A stretch of 64,000 nucleotides of DNA from positions 3,329-67,328 of the forward strand of contig JANQOZ010000004.1 of NCBI GenBank assembly GCA_028285525.1. The letters are read 5' to 3'. Origin of the DNA: Lysobacterales bacterium. Lineage in GTDB: Bacteria > Pseudomonadota > Gammaproteobacteria > Xanthomonadales > SZUA-38. This document shows, one piece after another, positions 29,869 to 38,012 of the stretch. Below the pieces are notes generated by a model that did not search any database, was not told the origin of the DNA, and saw only the letters and a program-made list of their open reading frames with translations. A program made the position numbers and the translations under genes. Position 1 is the first letter of the stretch. Every line of letters starts with the position of its first letter.

Positions 29869-30407
29869 TGGCCACAACGGTCGCCCGCTCAATCACCGGT
29901 TTGCTGATCCTGTTGGTGCTCACCTCCCAAGCCGGCGCCAGCGATCTCGATAAAGCGGGTGATCAGCACATTCTTCCCGCATGGCACGGTACGTGGAGAG
30001 GGTTGCTTTCGAACCTGCCGATACGCGAAAACGCTCGAAAGATTGAGGTGGAGCTGACCATTTCTGCGGGAGAACAGGACGAGGACGGATGCCTTGACTG
30101 GATTACCAGCTACATTGAGGCGGGAAACGTCGTACAGACCAAGGACTACCAGATGTGTCGTCGGCAAAACGGCGAGTATTTCCTCGACGAGGGTGACGGC
30201 CTGGTGCTTGAGACGTCGCTCTTCGGCGATGTGATGTACTCGGGTTTTAAGGCCAACGAACGATTCCTGGTTGACCGACATGAGCTGGACGGTGACGAGA
30301 TGCTGCAGGAGATTTTCTTTGCCGAGCCGGGTCCGGAGCCGATGGGAATTATCCAGGCATTGATGGGGAAAGGACTGCAGAAGATCGAGTACAGTCGAGT
30401 TGAGTGA
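29868..30407 (+). CDS. exported hypothetical protein
   Basis: 179 aa. Signal peptide MATTVARSITGLLILLVLTSQAGA. The ATG overlaps the receptor stop by 1 nt. I recognised no motif. Confidence 0.6.
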   Translation: MATTVARSITGLLILLVLTSQAGASDLDKAGDQHILPAWHGTWRGLLSNLPIRENARKIEVELTISAGEQDEDGCLDWITSYIEAGNVVQTKDYQMCRRQNGEYFLDEGDGLVLETSLFGDVMYSGFKANERFLVDRHELDGDEMLQEIFFAEPGPEPMGIIQALMGKGLQKIEYSRVE

Positions 30408-30429
30408 AATTGGTGGTGGCTTAATCAAC

Positions 30430-32127
30430 GTGAAGACCGATCGTCGATCCTTTCTTGGCGTCGCGGCGGGGGCGCTGGCAGGTGGGGGCTGTGCTGTCGG
30501 CGGCGACAAAGCACCGCTTGACTCAGACGGCGAGAGCCTGCCGAGTGAACCCTTCACGGTATCCACGGACGCACAAATTGTCCCGACCCAGGGTGGGCGG
30601 GTGCAGGGTTATGTGCGGGGTGGTATCCACATCTATAAGGGTGTTCCCTATGGTGGAGCCACCGGCGGTTCGTTTCGTTTTCTGCCGGTAGGGCCGGTGT
30701 CGCCCTGGGACGGCGTCCGGCGCGCCATGACATTTGGTCCGGTTTGTCCGGCAGGTGAACCGCCGACAGTCGACCTGTCTGCAAATGAGTGGCCTTTCCT
30801 GCTTCCAAACGGCCCTGTCACGAGCGCCATGGAGGACTGCCTGCGAATCAACATCTGGTCGCCCGATCCCGACCCCGAGGCCCGGTTGCCGGTGATGCTC
30901 TGGCTCCACGCCGACGGCTTTGGTGGTGGCTCCAGTCAGGACTTTCTCAGCACCGACGGAGAGGCTCTGGCCCGACAGGAAAACGTTGTCGTTGCGAGCA
31001 TCAACCATCGCGTAGGGCCGCTCGGTTTCACCAACCTCGCCAGCGTTGATGAAAAGCTCGCTGACTCCGGCAACGTCGGCATGCTGGATATTGTGACCGC
31101 GCTCAACTGGGTGCAGCAACACATCGCGGGCTTTGGCGGAGACCCGGGCAACGTCACAGTATTCGGCCAGTCAGGCGGTGGATTCAAGATCTCTGTGCTG
31201 CTCGCGATGCCTGCCGCACGCGGGCTTTTCCACCGGGCCATCATTCAAAGTGGTGCTCGGATCCGGGTCCATGATGAGACCACTTCGGCGGCACTGGGTG
31301 ATGCGCTGGTGAGTTCACTCAAGCTGAAGGAAGACGCCGACCCGCTGGCGGCGCTGCAGAGCCTGAGCCTCGAAGCGTTTTTTGAGGCCGCGCAGGCGGC
31401 CAGCGCCCAGATCCAGGCTGCCGGCGAAAAGCCCAAACGTTGGCAGTCACCTCCCTGGTGGTATGAGCCAACTGCAGGCTTGCCCAGCCTTCCGATCCAG
31501 CCTTTTGATCCACAGGCGCCACAGGTATCGGCGCAGGTGCCCGTGATCTGTGGCAGCACGCTCAACGAACTGCCGCCGAGCATGAATGCGCCGGAAGTCG
31601 AAGACATCACCTGGGATGACCTTCAAGCGCGGCTCGCTCCACAGCTCGCCGATCAAACCGAAGCGGCCATCTCGGCCGCGCGGGCCATCGATGTTCGATG
31701 GACGCCGGCGGACGTGCTGTCCGTCTTGTCCAGTCGCCGGTTTCGAGTACCGGCCGTCACGTTAGCCGATCGGCTGGCGGAGCGGCCTGGCGCGTCGGTT
31801 TGGCAATACCTGTTTTCATGGCAGACGCCGCTTTATAACGGGCGCCCGCGAGCGTTCCACACCAGCGACGTGGCCTTCGTCTTCGCCAACACCGACCTGG
31901 TGGACAGCCAGACCGGTGGCGGTGATCGCCCCCGGCGCCTTGCGAATACGGTCAGTCGAGCCTGGGCTAACTTTGCCCGAACCGGAAACCCCAACGGACC
32001 GGGCGTCCCCTACTGGCCTGCCTATGACAGTGAGGACAGGAACACCATGATCTTTGACGACGAGAGCGTCGCGCGGCCAGCCCAGGACGCCGATCTCCTG
32101 GAAATATTCAGGCGGTTAGATTCGTGA
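30430..32127 (+). CDS. Tat-exported carboxylesterase type B family
   Basis: I prefer the GTG at 30430, giving MKTDRRSFLGVAAGALAGGG (twin-arginine signal). HADGFGGGSS oxyanion region and nucleophile FGQSGGG. Confidence 0.9.
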   Translation: MKTDRRSFLGVAAGALAGGGCAVGGDKAPLDSDGESLPSEPFTVSTDAQIVPTQGGRVQGYVRGGIHIYKGVPYGGATGGSFRFLPVGPVSPWDGVRRAMTFGPVCPAGEPPTVDLSANEWPFLLPNGPVTSAMEDCLRINIWSPDPDPEARLPVMLWLHADGFGGGSSQDFLSTDGEALARQENVVVASINHRVGPLGFTNLASVDEKLADSGNVGMLDIVTALNWVQQHIAGFGGDPGNVTVFGQSGGGFKISVLLAMPAARGLFHRAIIQSGARIRVHDETTSAALGDALVSSLKLKEDADPLAALQSLSLEAFFEAAQAASAQIQAAGEKPKRWQSPPWWYEPTAGLPSLPIQPFDPQAPQVSAQVPVICGSTLNELPPSMNAPEVEDITWDDLQARLAPQLADQTEAAISAARAIDVRWTPADVLSVLSSRRFRVPAVTLADRLAERPGASVWQYLFSWQTPLYNGRPRAFHTSDVAFVFANTDLVDSQTGGGDRPRRLANTVSRAWANFARTGNPNGPGVPYWPAYDSEDRNTMIFDDESVARPAQDADLLEIFRRLDS

Positions 32128-34094
32128 TCAGGCAGATTTCCTTCATCACGCTGCTTTTGGGGGCGAATCTGCTGTTCGACGCCGGGAGTGCTGCGGCAAC
32201 GGAAAGCAACCTGATCAGAGAGTTTATCCCCGCTGCGCCGCCCGCTCTCACGGAGCGGATACGTCAATATCAAAACACGCGGTCAGCGTTGCTGGCCGGC
32301 TACGCGGCTGACGGCCATGGGATGTATGTCATCACGAGGTTCGGCGCGACGCCCCAGCTTCATCATATTCAGTATCCGCAGGGAGCACGAAGACAGCTGA
32401 CCTTTTTTGAAGAACCGGTTGGCGCAGCCGTTCCGTCTCCGTCGGATCCGAATTTGGTTGCGCTCCTGAAGGATCAGGGTGGCGACGAGCGGTTCCAGGT
32501 TTACCTGTACGACCGCCGCACCGGCAAGTCGCGCATGATCTCGAACGGCGAAGGGCGCAAGGCATGGCCTAAATGGTCCAACGCTGGCGATCAGATCGCG
32601 TGGATGACCACCCTGGAGGGCGCTAAACGGGGAATTGTTGTCGCTCACGGAGAAGGTCTTGCGCAGCGCCGCGTTGCCTTTTCCGCAGAGGGGTCGTGGT
32701 TTCCGCTCGCGTGGTCGCCCAACGATGAGCAAATTGCGCTCTATCGCTTTATGTCGCTCGACCGCAGTGAACTGCACCTGCTCGATCCGTTGAGTGGCAA
32801 GGTGAATCAGATCAACGCGGCAGCGGGCCCCATCGGCTATGGGCGTGTCAGTTTCGCCGGAAATTCTGAACACATGTACATCGCCATGGATGAGGGTCGC
32901 GAGTCGCTGGGGCTGTTTAGCTACGAAATCTCGACCGGCAGAAAAACGCTGCTTACTCCGGACGTTGCTTATGACGTTGAGCTCGTCGCAGCGTCGGCCG
33001 ACGGCAGCAGCTTTGCCTTCACCGTCAACCAGGAGGGCCAGTCGGATCTCCGGGTGATCGATGCTCAAAGCATGAATCCCGTTGAAATTCCGGCGTTGCC
33101 TCCCGGGGTCATCAGCAGCCTGGAGTTCGAAAGTGATGGTTCATCACTGGCGGTGACCCTGAACTCCTCCAGCTCTCCCGGCGACGTGCTAGAACTCAAG
33201 CTCGACGAGATTAACGCCCAGTGGCGTTGGTGGACGCAGAGTGAGACTGGAGGCATTCCCAGCAGCACGTTTGTTGCGCCGGAACGACTCCGCTATCCAA
33301 CCTTCGACAAGGTGGACGGAAAAACGCGAACCATACCGGCATTTATCTATCGCCCCGCTTCAACGGGTCCACATCCAGTGGTGGTGTCGATTCACGGCGG
33401 CCCGTCCTTTCAGGCGCGCATGGACTTTTCCTCCCGCCATCAATTGTTGGCCGCGGAATTGGGGATTGCCGTAATCGTTCCGAACGTTCGCGGTTCGACC
33501 GGGTTTGGGAAGTCCTATCAGATGCTCGACGATGGCAGGAAGCGGGAAGACTCAGTCAAGGACATCGGCGCGCTGCTCGACTGGATCTCGACCCAGCCTG
33601 ATCTTGATCAGAACAGGGTGGCAGTGATGGGCACCTCCTACGGTGGCTATATGGTCCTCGCCTCGCTGGTGCACTACAGCGATCGCCTGGCCGGAGGCAT
33701 TGATATTGTCGGCATTTCCAACTTCGTCACCTTTTTGGAGAACACCGCTGAGTATCGCCGCGCCCTGCGTCGGCCTGAATACGGCGACGAGCGTGATCCG
33801 GAGATGCGGTCGTTTTTGCAGCAGATATCGCCGCTAACTAACGCCAACAAGATACGGTCGCCCCTGCTCGTTATTCAGGGGATGAACGACCCCAGAGTGC
33901 CCGCTTCGGAGGCTGAGCAGATTGTCGCCGCCGTTCGAGCCAACGGTCAGCACGCGTGGTATCTCGCGGCCAGGGACGAAGGCCATGGTTTTCAGAAAAA
34001 GGCTAATGTGGACGCCATGATGGAGGCGATTGTGCTGTTCCTCGACGCCGCACTTTTCGCCAAAACACCGAATAGTTCCACGGCCACGCGATAG
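32124..34094 (+). CDS. S9-family serine peptidase (prolyl oligopeptidase / DPP-like) with N-terminal beta-propeller
   Basis: 656 aa with a signal peptide. Nucleophile GTSYGGYM, QGMNDPRVP, EGHGF. GTGA overlap with the upstream gene. Confidence 0.9.
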   Translation: MIRQISFITLLLGANLLFDAGSAAATESNLIREFIPAAPPALTERIRQYQNTRSALLAGYAADGHGMYVITRFGATPQLHHIQYPQGARRQLTFFEEPVGAAVPSPSDPNLVALLKDQGGDERFQVYLYDRRTGKSRMISNGEGRKAWPKWSNAGDQIAWMTTLEGAKRGIVVAHGEGLAQRRVAFSAEGSWFPLAWSPNDEQIALYRFMSLDRSELHLLDPLSGKVNQINAAAGPIGYGRVSFAGNSEHMYIAMDEGRESLGLFSYEISTGRKTLLTPDVAYDVELVAASADGSSFAFTVNQEGQSDLRVIDAQSMNPVEIPALPPGVISSLEFESDGSSLAVTLNSSSSPGDVLELKLDEINAQWRWWTQSETGGIPSSTFVAPERLRYPTFDKVDGKTRTIPAFIYRPASTGPHPVVVSIHGGPSFQARMDFSSRHQLLAAELGIAVIVPNVRGSTGFGKSYQMLDDGRKREDSVKDIGALLDWISTQPDLDQNRVAVMGTSYGGYMVLASLVHYSDRLAGGIDIVGISNFVTFLENTAEYRRALRRPEYGDERDPEMRSFLQQISPLTNANKIRSPLLVIQGMNDPRVPASEAEQIVAAVRANGQHAWYLAARDEGHGFQKKANVDAMMEAIVLFLDAALFAKTPNSSTATR

Positions 34095-34192
34095 CGCCGC
34101 ACTACCCCGCTACCATCTTCGCAAAAACGGCGCTTCGGCTTTGCCCCCTTGGCAGCGTACACTCTTAGATCCTGCGAAGCTGAGATCTGACA

Positions 34193-34567
34193 ATGATCGG
34201 CAAAGCCACAACCTTCGATCCAGCCACCGAAGTGGTGGGCCTGACGCACGGTATGGAGGCCCAAATCCACCCGGCGCGGCATGATCCGGGGATCCCGGTA
34301 GACGGCCTGACCATCGGCATTGCCCGCATGTCGGAAAACTCGCCGCACGCTGGCGAGATGCATCCTGACGGAGACGAAACGCTCTACCTGATTTCCGGCC
34401 GCGTGCGGGTTGTGCTGCTCGACACCGATCAACCTGATATCGAGATGACTCCGGGAAGCGGGCTGATTGTGCCCAAGGGCACCTGGCACCGCGTGGATAT
34501 CCTTGAGCCCAGCGAGATCATGTACGCCACACCCGGGCCAAATAATCAGTATCGACCCCTGCCTTAG
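34193..34567 (+). CDS. cupin domain protein
   Basis: 124 aa. GEMHPDGDETLYLISG and VPKGTWHR cupin motifs. Confidence 0.7.
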   Translation: MIGKATTFDPATEVVGLTHGMEAQIHPARHDPGIPVDGLTIGIARMSENSPHAGEMHPDGDETLYLISGRVRVVLLDTDQPDIEMTPGSGLIVPKGTWHRVDILEPSEIMYATPGPNNQYRPLP

Positions 34568-34614
34568 TCACGGGTCCAAGAACACCGACCCTCAAACTGA
34601 CGGAAACAACACTT

Positions 34615-35760
34615 ATGACGCCTTCAACTTCGCCCCTGAGCGCCCCTCGCGCTTTTGCCCTCGCCGCAGGGCTGTCACTGAGTCTTTTTGCGGCCGTCGT
34701 CACGGCTCAAGACTCTTCCGTTCCAACGCTGGTCAACAAAGACGGCAGCTATCCGACGGTACCGCTGGAGAAAGACACGGTGGTGGTGAAGGTGATTCAG
34801 CACGGCGTGCAGAACCTCCAGGAGGCTGAAACCGTGGCCAAGGGGCTGGAGACCAACCTGGCCCGCATGGTGGAGCTGTCGGAAAAGGCCTGCAGCACCG
34901 GGATGAAGCCCGATTTTCTGCTGTTCAATGAGTTTCCGCTGACGGGCTATTCGACCGGCACTCGTGAGGAGAAGCTCAAGTTCACGATCAAGATCCCGGG
35001 TCCGGAGACCGACGCGCTCGGCGAGGTCGCCAAGGACTGCGATACGTACATTATCTTCGGCAGCTACGCCAACGATGACGACTGGCCCGGGCATATCCTG
35101 AGCATCAACGCGGTCATCGGCCGCGACGGCAAGGTCGCCGAGCGCTATTGGAAAACCCGCAACGTCAAGCGCCTCGGCAACGACGGGGAGATTCCGACGA
35201 CCACCATCGAAAACGTCCACGACCGTTATCGGGAGATGTACGGCGTGGAGGCCATGTTTCCGGTGCTGCGCACCGAATACGGCAACATCGCGGTCAGCAC
35301 GGTGCAGCTCGATCCGTTTGTCTTTGCCGCCTACGCGATGCGCGGCGTAGAGATCATGTTCCGCACCTCAACCCTGTTCTCCAAAGAAGACGTCAGGGCG
35401 ACGGCGTTTTTCAATCGCTTCTACTCCGCGATGTCCAACATCACCTTCCCGCCGGACGGCCCCTATGCCAAGTATGGTGGCGGGTCGCTGATTGTCGGTC
35501 CGGACGGCAAGGTGCTGGCGGAGGATCCGACCAACAACGAAACCATCATCCAGGCGGAGATTCCCATCGCCGAGTTTCGCGAGGGCCGCTTCATCCCTCG
35601 CTACCCGCTGGAGGTAGTGGCGCCGGTCTTCGAGCAATACCAGCAGGAACTGCCGCTCAACCACCTCGATATTCCGGCCAAGGATTTACCCAAGACCCGG
35701 GCGGATATGAAAGAACTGATGGATGAGCAAAGCCGCTGGCTCAACTCTGAGCCCAAGTAG
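34615..35760 (+). CDS. exported carbon-nitrogen hydrolase (nitrilase superfamily) homologue lacking the canonical Cys
   Basis: 381 aa. Signal peptide ending VVTAQD. Catalytic-Glu context LLFNEFPLTGY and Lys context RYWKTRN. No Cys occurs anywhere after that Lys. Confidence 0.8.
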   Translation: MTPSTSPLSAPRAFALAAGLSLSLFAAVVTAQDSSVPTLVNKDGSYPTVPLEKDTVVVKVIQHGVQNLQEAETVAKGLETNLARMVELSEKACSTGMKPDFLLFNEFPLTGYSTGTREEKLKFTIKIPGPETDALGEVAKDCDTYIIFGSYANDDDWPGHILSINAVIGRDGKVAERYWKTRNVKRLGNDGEIPTTTIENVHDRYREMYGVEAMFPVLRTEYGNIAVSTVQLDPFVFAAYAMRGVEIMFRTSTLFSKEDVRATAFFNRFYSAMSNITFPPDGPYAKYGGGSLIVGPDGKVLAEDPTNNETIIQAEIPIAEFREGRFIPRYPLEVVAPVFEQYQQELPLNHLDIPAKDLPKTRADMKELMDEQSRWLNSEPK

Positions 35761-35882
35761 CTTCGGCGGAAACGCCTCGAGGTCTGGCGTCACTGAAAAA
35801 AAAGAAATTTCCGGCAGGCCTTGTCGGATTATTGACCTGCGATCCGTACCCTGTGTAGACGAGCAACATTCTGAGGTACAGC

Positions 35883-37193
35883 ATGAAATTCGCAGTTAAG
35901 CCCTGGCTAGGGGTGGGTCTTCTTTGCGGCACGTTATGTGGCCAGCTATCGGCGCAGGACCTGCTTCCCACGGATGAAATATTCCGCAGCGACATCGACC
36001 TTGTTCCGGGAACTGATCAGGGTTTCGGTAACGCGCTCGCTATCAGCGGCGACTTTGCCATGGTTGGCGCCTCGCTCAACCTCGGCCAGGACGGACAGGT
36101 CTACCTGCTTCGATACGAAGAAGGCCCGGCACCCAACTGGAGTCTGGTGAAGACACTCGAGCGCGCGGCCGAGCCCAATCTGATCCGGCGGCTGGGAGCG
36201 CGGCTCGCGCTCGACGGAGAGTGGCTAGCCGCGACCAGCAGCAACGCCGGCACCTTCCTCTATCGACGGAACGCAGGAGGTAGCAACAACTGGGGTTTCA
36301 GCCAACGATTGGCGCTGGAGGATAGCGATGACCGTCGTGACCGGGAGCTGGATAACGACGTTTCGATTTCCGGCGACTGGATGGCCGTTGGCGCGGGCCG
36401 CGTTGATTGGCTCGATTTAGGCCCCACTGACGGTAATGATGTAGGTCAGGTGCTTCTTTACCAGCTGGAGGGGGCAACCTGGACTCTAAGACAGGTGTTG
36501 GAAATGCCGCCTTCGGACGTTCAGCGTCTGGCAGGTTTTGGCGAGCGGGTATCGATCAGCGGTGATGTGCTGGCGGTAGGGCTACCGAGCTACAACGTCG
36601 AAGGAGTAAACGAGGTCGGTCAGGCCTACATCTATCAGAACGGTCCCGGCGGCTGGACACTTCGCCGAACGTTGGCTCGGAGTGATTCCTTAAGTAACGC
36701 CCGCTTTGGTGCCGCGGTAGCGGCCACAACCAGCTATGTGGCGGTGGGTGACCTGCAGGGAGGCGGCGACGAAACGCCGTTGGTCAGCAACGACGGATCG
36801 ATCCTCATCTTTGAGCGCAATCTGGGCGGCGTGGATAACTGGGGCCAATCGATCAATCTGCTGCCAAGCCAGCCGGAGTTTATCGGCTCCTTCGGACTTT
36901 CGGTCGGGGTTGTGGGTAACCTGCTCTGGGCCGGCGCTCAGGATGCGGGCTATCTGTTTTCCCGCCGCAACGGCGGTTGGGAAGAGGTGGATCGAAACCC
37001 GGCTCCGATTTTCCCAGACCCGAGTAACACCCGTGAGTACGGTGTGAGCGCAGCCCTGGCGGTTCGCCAGGGGGGACGGCAAATCCTGGCGGTAGCCGGC
37101 GACCCAACCGCGGAAGACAGCACCGATACGCGAACGGGCGCGGCATTTTTCTACGGCTACGACGATCTGCTCTTCGCGGACAGTTTCGAGTAG
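35883..37193 (+). CDS. exported FG-GAP-like repeat beta-propeller protein, C-terminal FADSFE tag
   Basis: 436 aa with a signal peptide. Repeated FG-x-x-[LV]-[AS]-[IV]-S-G-D-x-x-x-V-G blocks (FGNALAISGDFAMVGA, FGERVSISGDVLAVGL, FGAAVAATTSYVAVGD). Ends LLFADSFE. Confidence 0.75.
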   Translation: MKFAVKPWLGVGLLCGTLCGQLSAQDLLPTDEIFRSDIDLVPGTDQGFGNALAISGDFAMVGASLNLGQDGQVYLLRYEEGPAPNWSLVKTLERAAEPNLIRRLGARLALDGEWLAATSSNAGTFLYRRNAGGSNNWGFSQRLALEDSDDRRDRELDNDVSISGDWMAVGAGRVDWLDLGPTDGNDVGQVLLYQLEGATWTLRQVLEMPPSDVQRLAGFGERVSISGDVLAVGLPSYNVEGVNEVGQAYIYQNGPGGWTLRRTLARSDSLSNARFGAAVAATTSYVAVGDLQGGGDETPLVSNDGSILIFERNLGGVDNWGQSINLLPSQPEFIGSFGLSVGVVGNLLWAGAQDAGYLFSRRNGGWEEVDRNPAPIFPDPSNTREYGVSAALAVRQGGRQILAVAGDPTAEDSTDTRTGAAFFYGYDDLLFADSFE

Positions 37194-37294
37194 TCAAAGA
37201 ACCGACAATCCGAAGCTCGCCCAGTTTCTGGTCGTCGATTGAAACCCCGTGGATGGTCACGTTTCCTGCCGGCTGCTGGTGGTAAGATCCATCG

Positions 37295-37921
37295 ATGGAT
37301 CGCACACCGCCGGGCGCTGGCCGCCCTGGCGCGGCCGAGGGGAAAGACGAGGACGTCGACCCGGCCGCGGACAACGCAAGCAACCTGGCTTCGGGGCTGC
37401 CGGCCGATTTGTCGCTGGACGATCTGCTGCCCGTCGCCTATGCGCGGCTGCACCAGCTGGCGGCCTCTGCCCGACGTTCTGTTGGACCTTCGCCCACGCT
37501 CAACACCACCGCGCTGGTCAATGAGCTTTTTCTCAAGCTGGTGGCCAGCCGCTCGCTCGATACGTCCGATGAAAACCGCTTCTACGCCCTGTGTGCCCGC
37601 ACCATGCGCAACATCCTGATCGACCGGATTCGAGCCCGCAAAGCGGGCAAGCGGACGCCGCCGGAGCCAGCCACGGCTGACGGACTCGTATCCGATCAGG
37701 TGGAGTCGCTGCTGGCCGTGGACGATACCCTGAAGCGTCTGGCCGGGCACTCCGAGCGGCTGGTGGAGCTGGTGGAATGTCGGGTATTTGGCGGCTATAC
37801 GCTCGCGGAATGCGCCGACATCTTCGGGGTGACGGAACGCACGGCCCAGCGCGACTGGCAAAAGGCCAAAGCACTGCTCGCCATGGGCATGGAAGGGGCA
37901 CAGCCTGAGTTCCTGGGCTGA
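37295..37921 (+). CDS. ECF sigma-70 factor of the kinase-associated type (TIGR02999 / ECF43-like, from memory)
   Basis: 208 aa. LLPVAYARLHQLAA..., TLNTTALVNELFLKL, MRNILIDRIRARKAGKR and the C-terminal HTH YTLAECADIFGVTERTAQRDWQKAKALL match that subfamily. No anti-sigma gene follows. Confidence 0.88.
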   Translation: MDRTPPGAGRPGAAEGKDEDVDPAADNASNLASGLPADLSLDDLLPVAYARLHQLAASARRSVGPSPTLNTTALVNELFLKLVASRSLDTSDENRFYALCARTMRNILIDRIRARKAGKRTPPEPATADGLVSDQVESLLAVDDTLKRLAGHSERLVELVECRVFGGYTLAECADIFGVTERTAQRDWQKAKALLAMGMEGAQPEFLG

Positions 37922-38012
37922 AATCGAGGCGCTGCTGGACCAGGCGCTCGATCTTCCCGAGGCAGAACGCGCAGACTGGCTGCGTTCGATCACGGGGCAG
38001 CACGATAGCGAA

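Noticed and set aside
37911-37925. Possible programmed +1 frameshift fusing the ECF sigma factor to kinase 1 at the sigma stop codon (prfB-like)
   Set aside because: The P-site codon GGC would have to re-pair on GCU, which is unfavourable. The SD-like element is about 20 nt upstream rather than adjacent. A CTG at 37905 with well-spaced SD explains the upstream conservation more simply.
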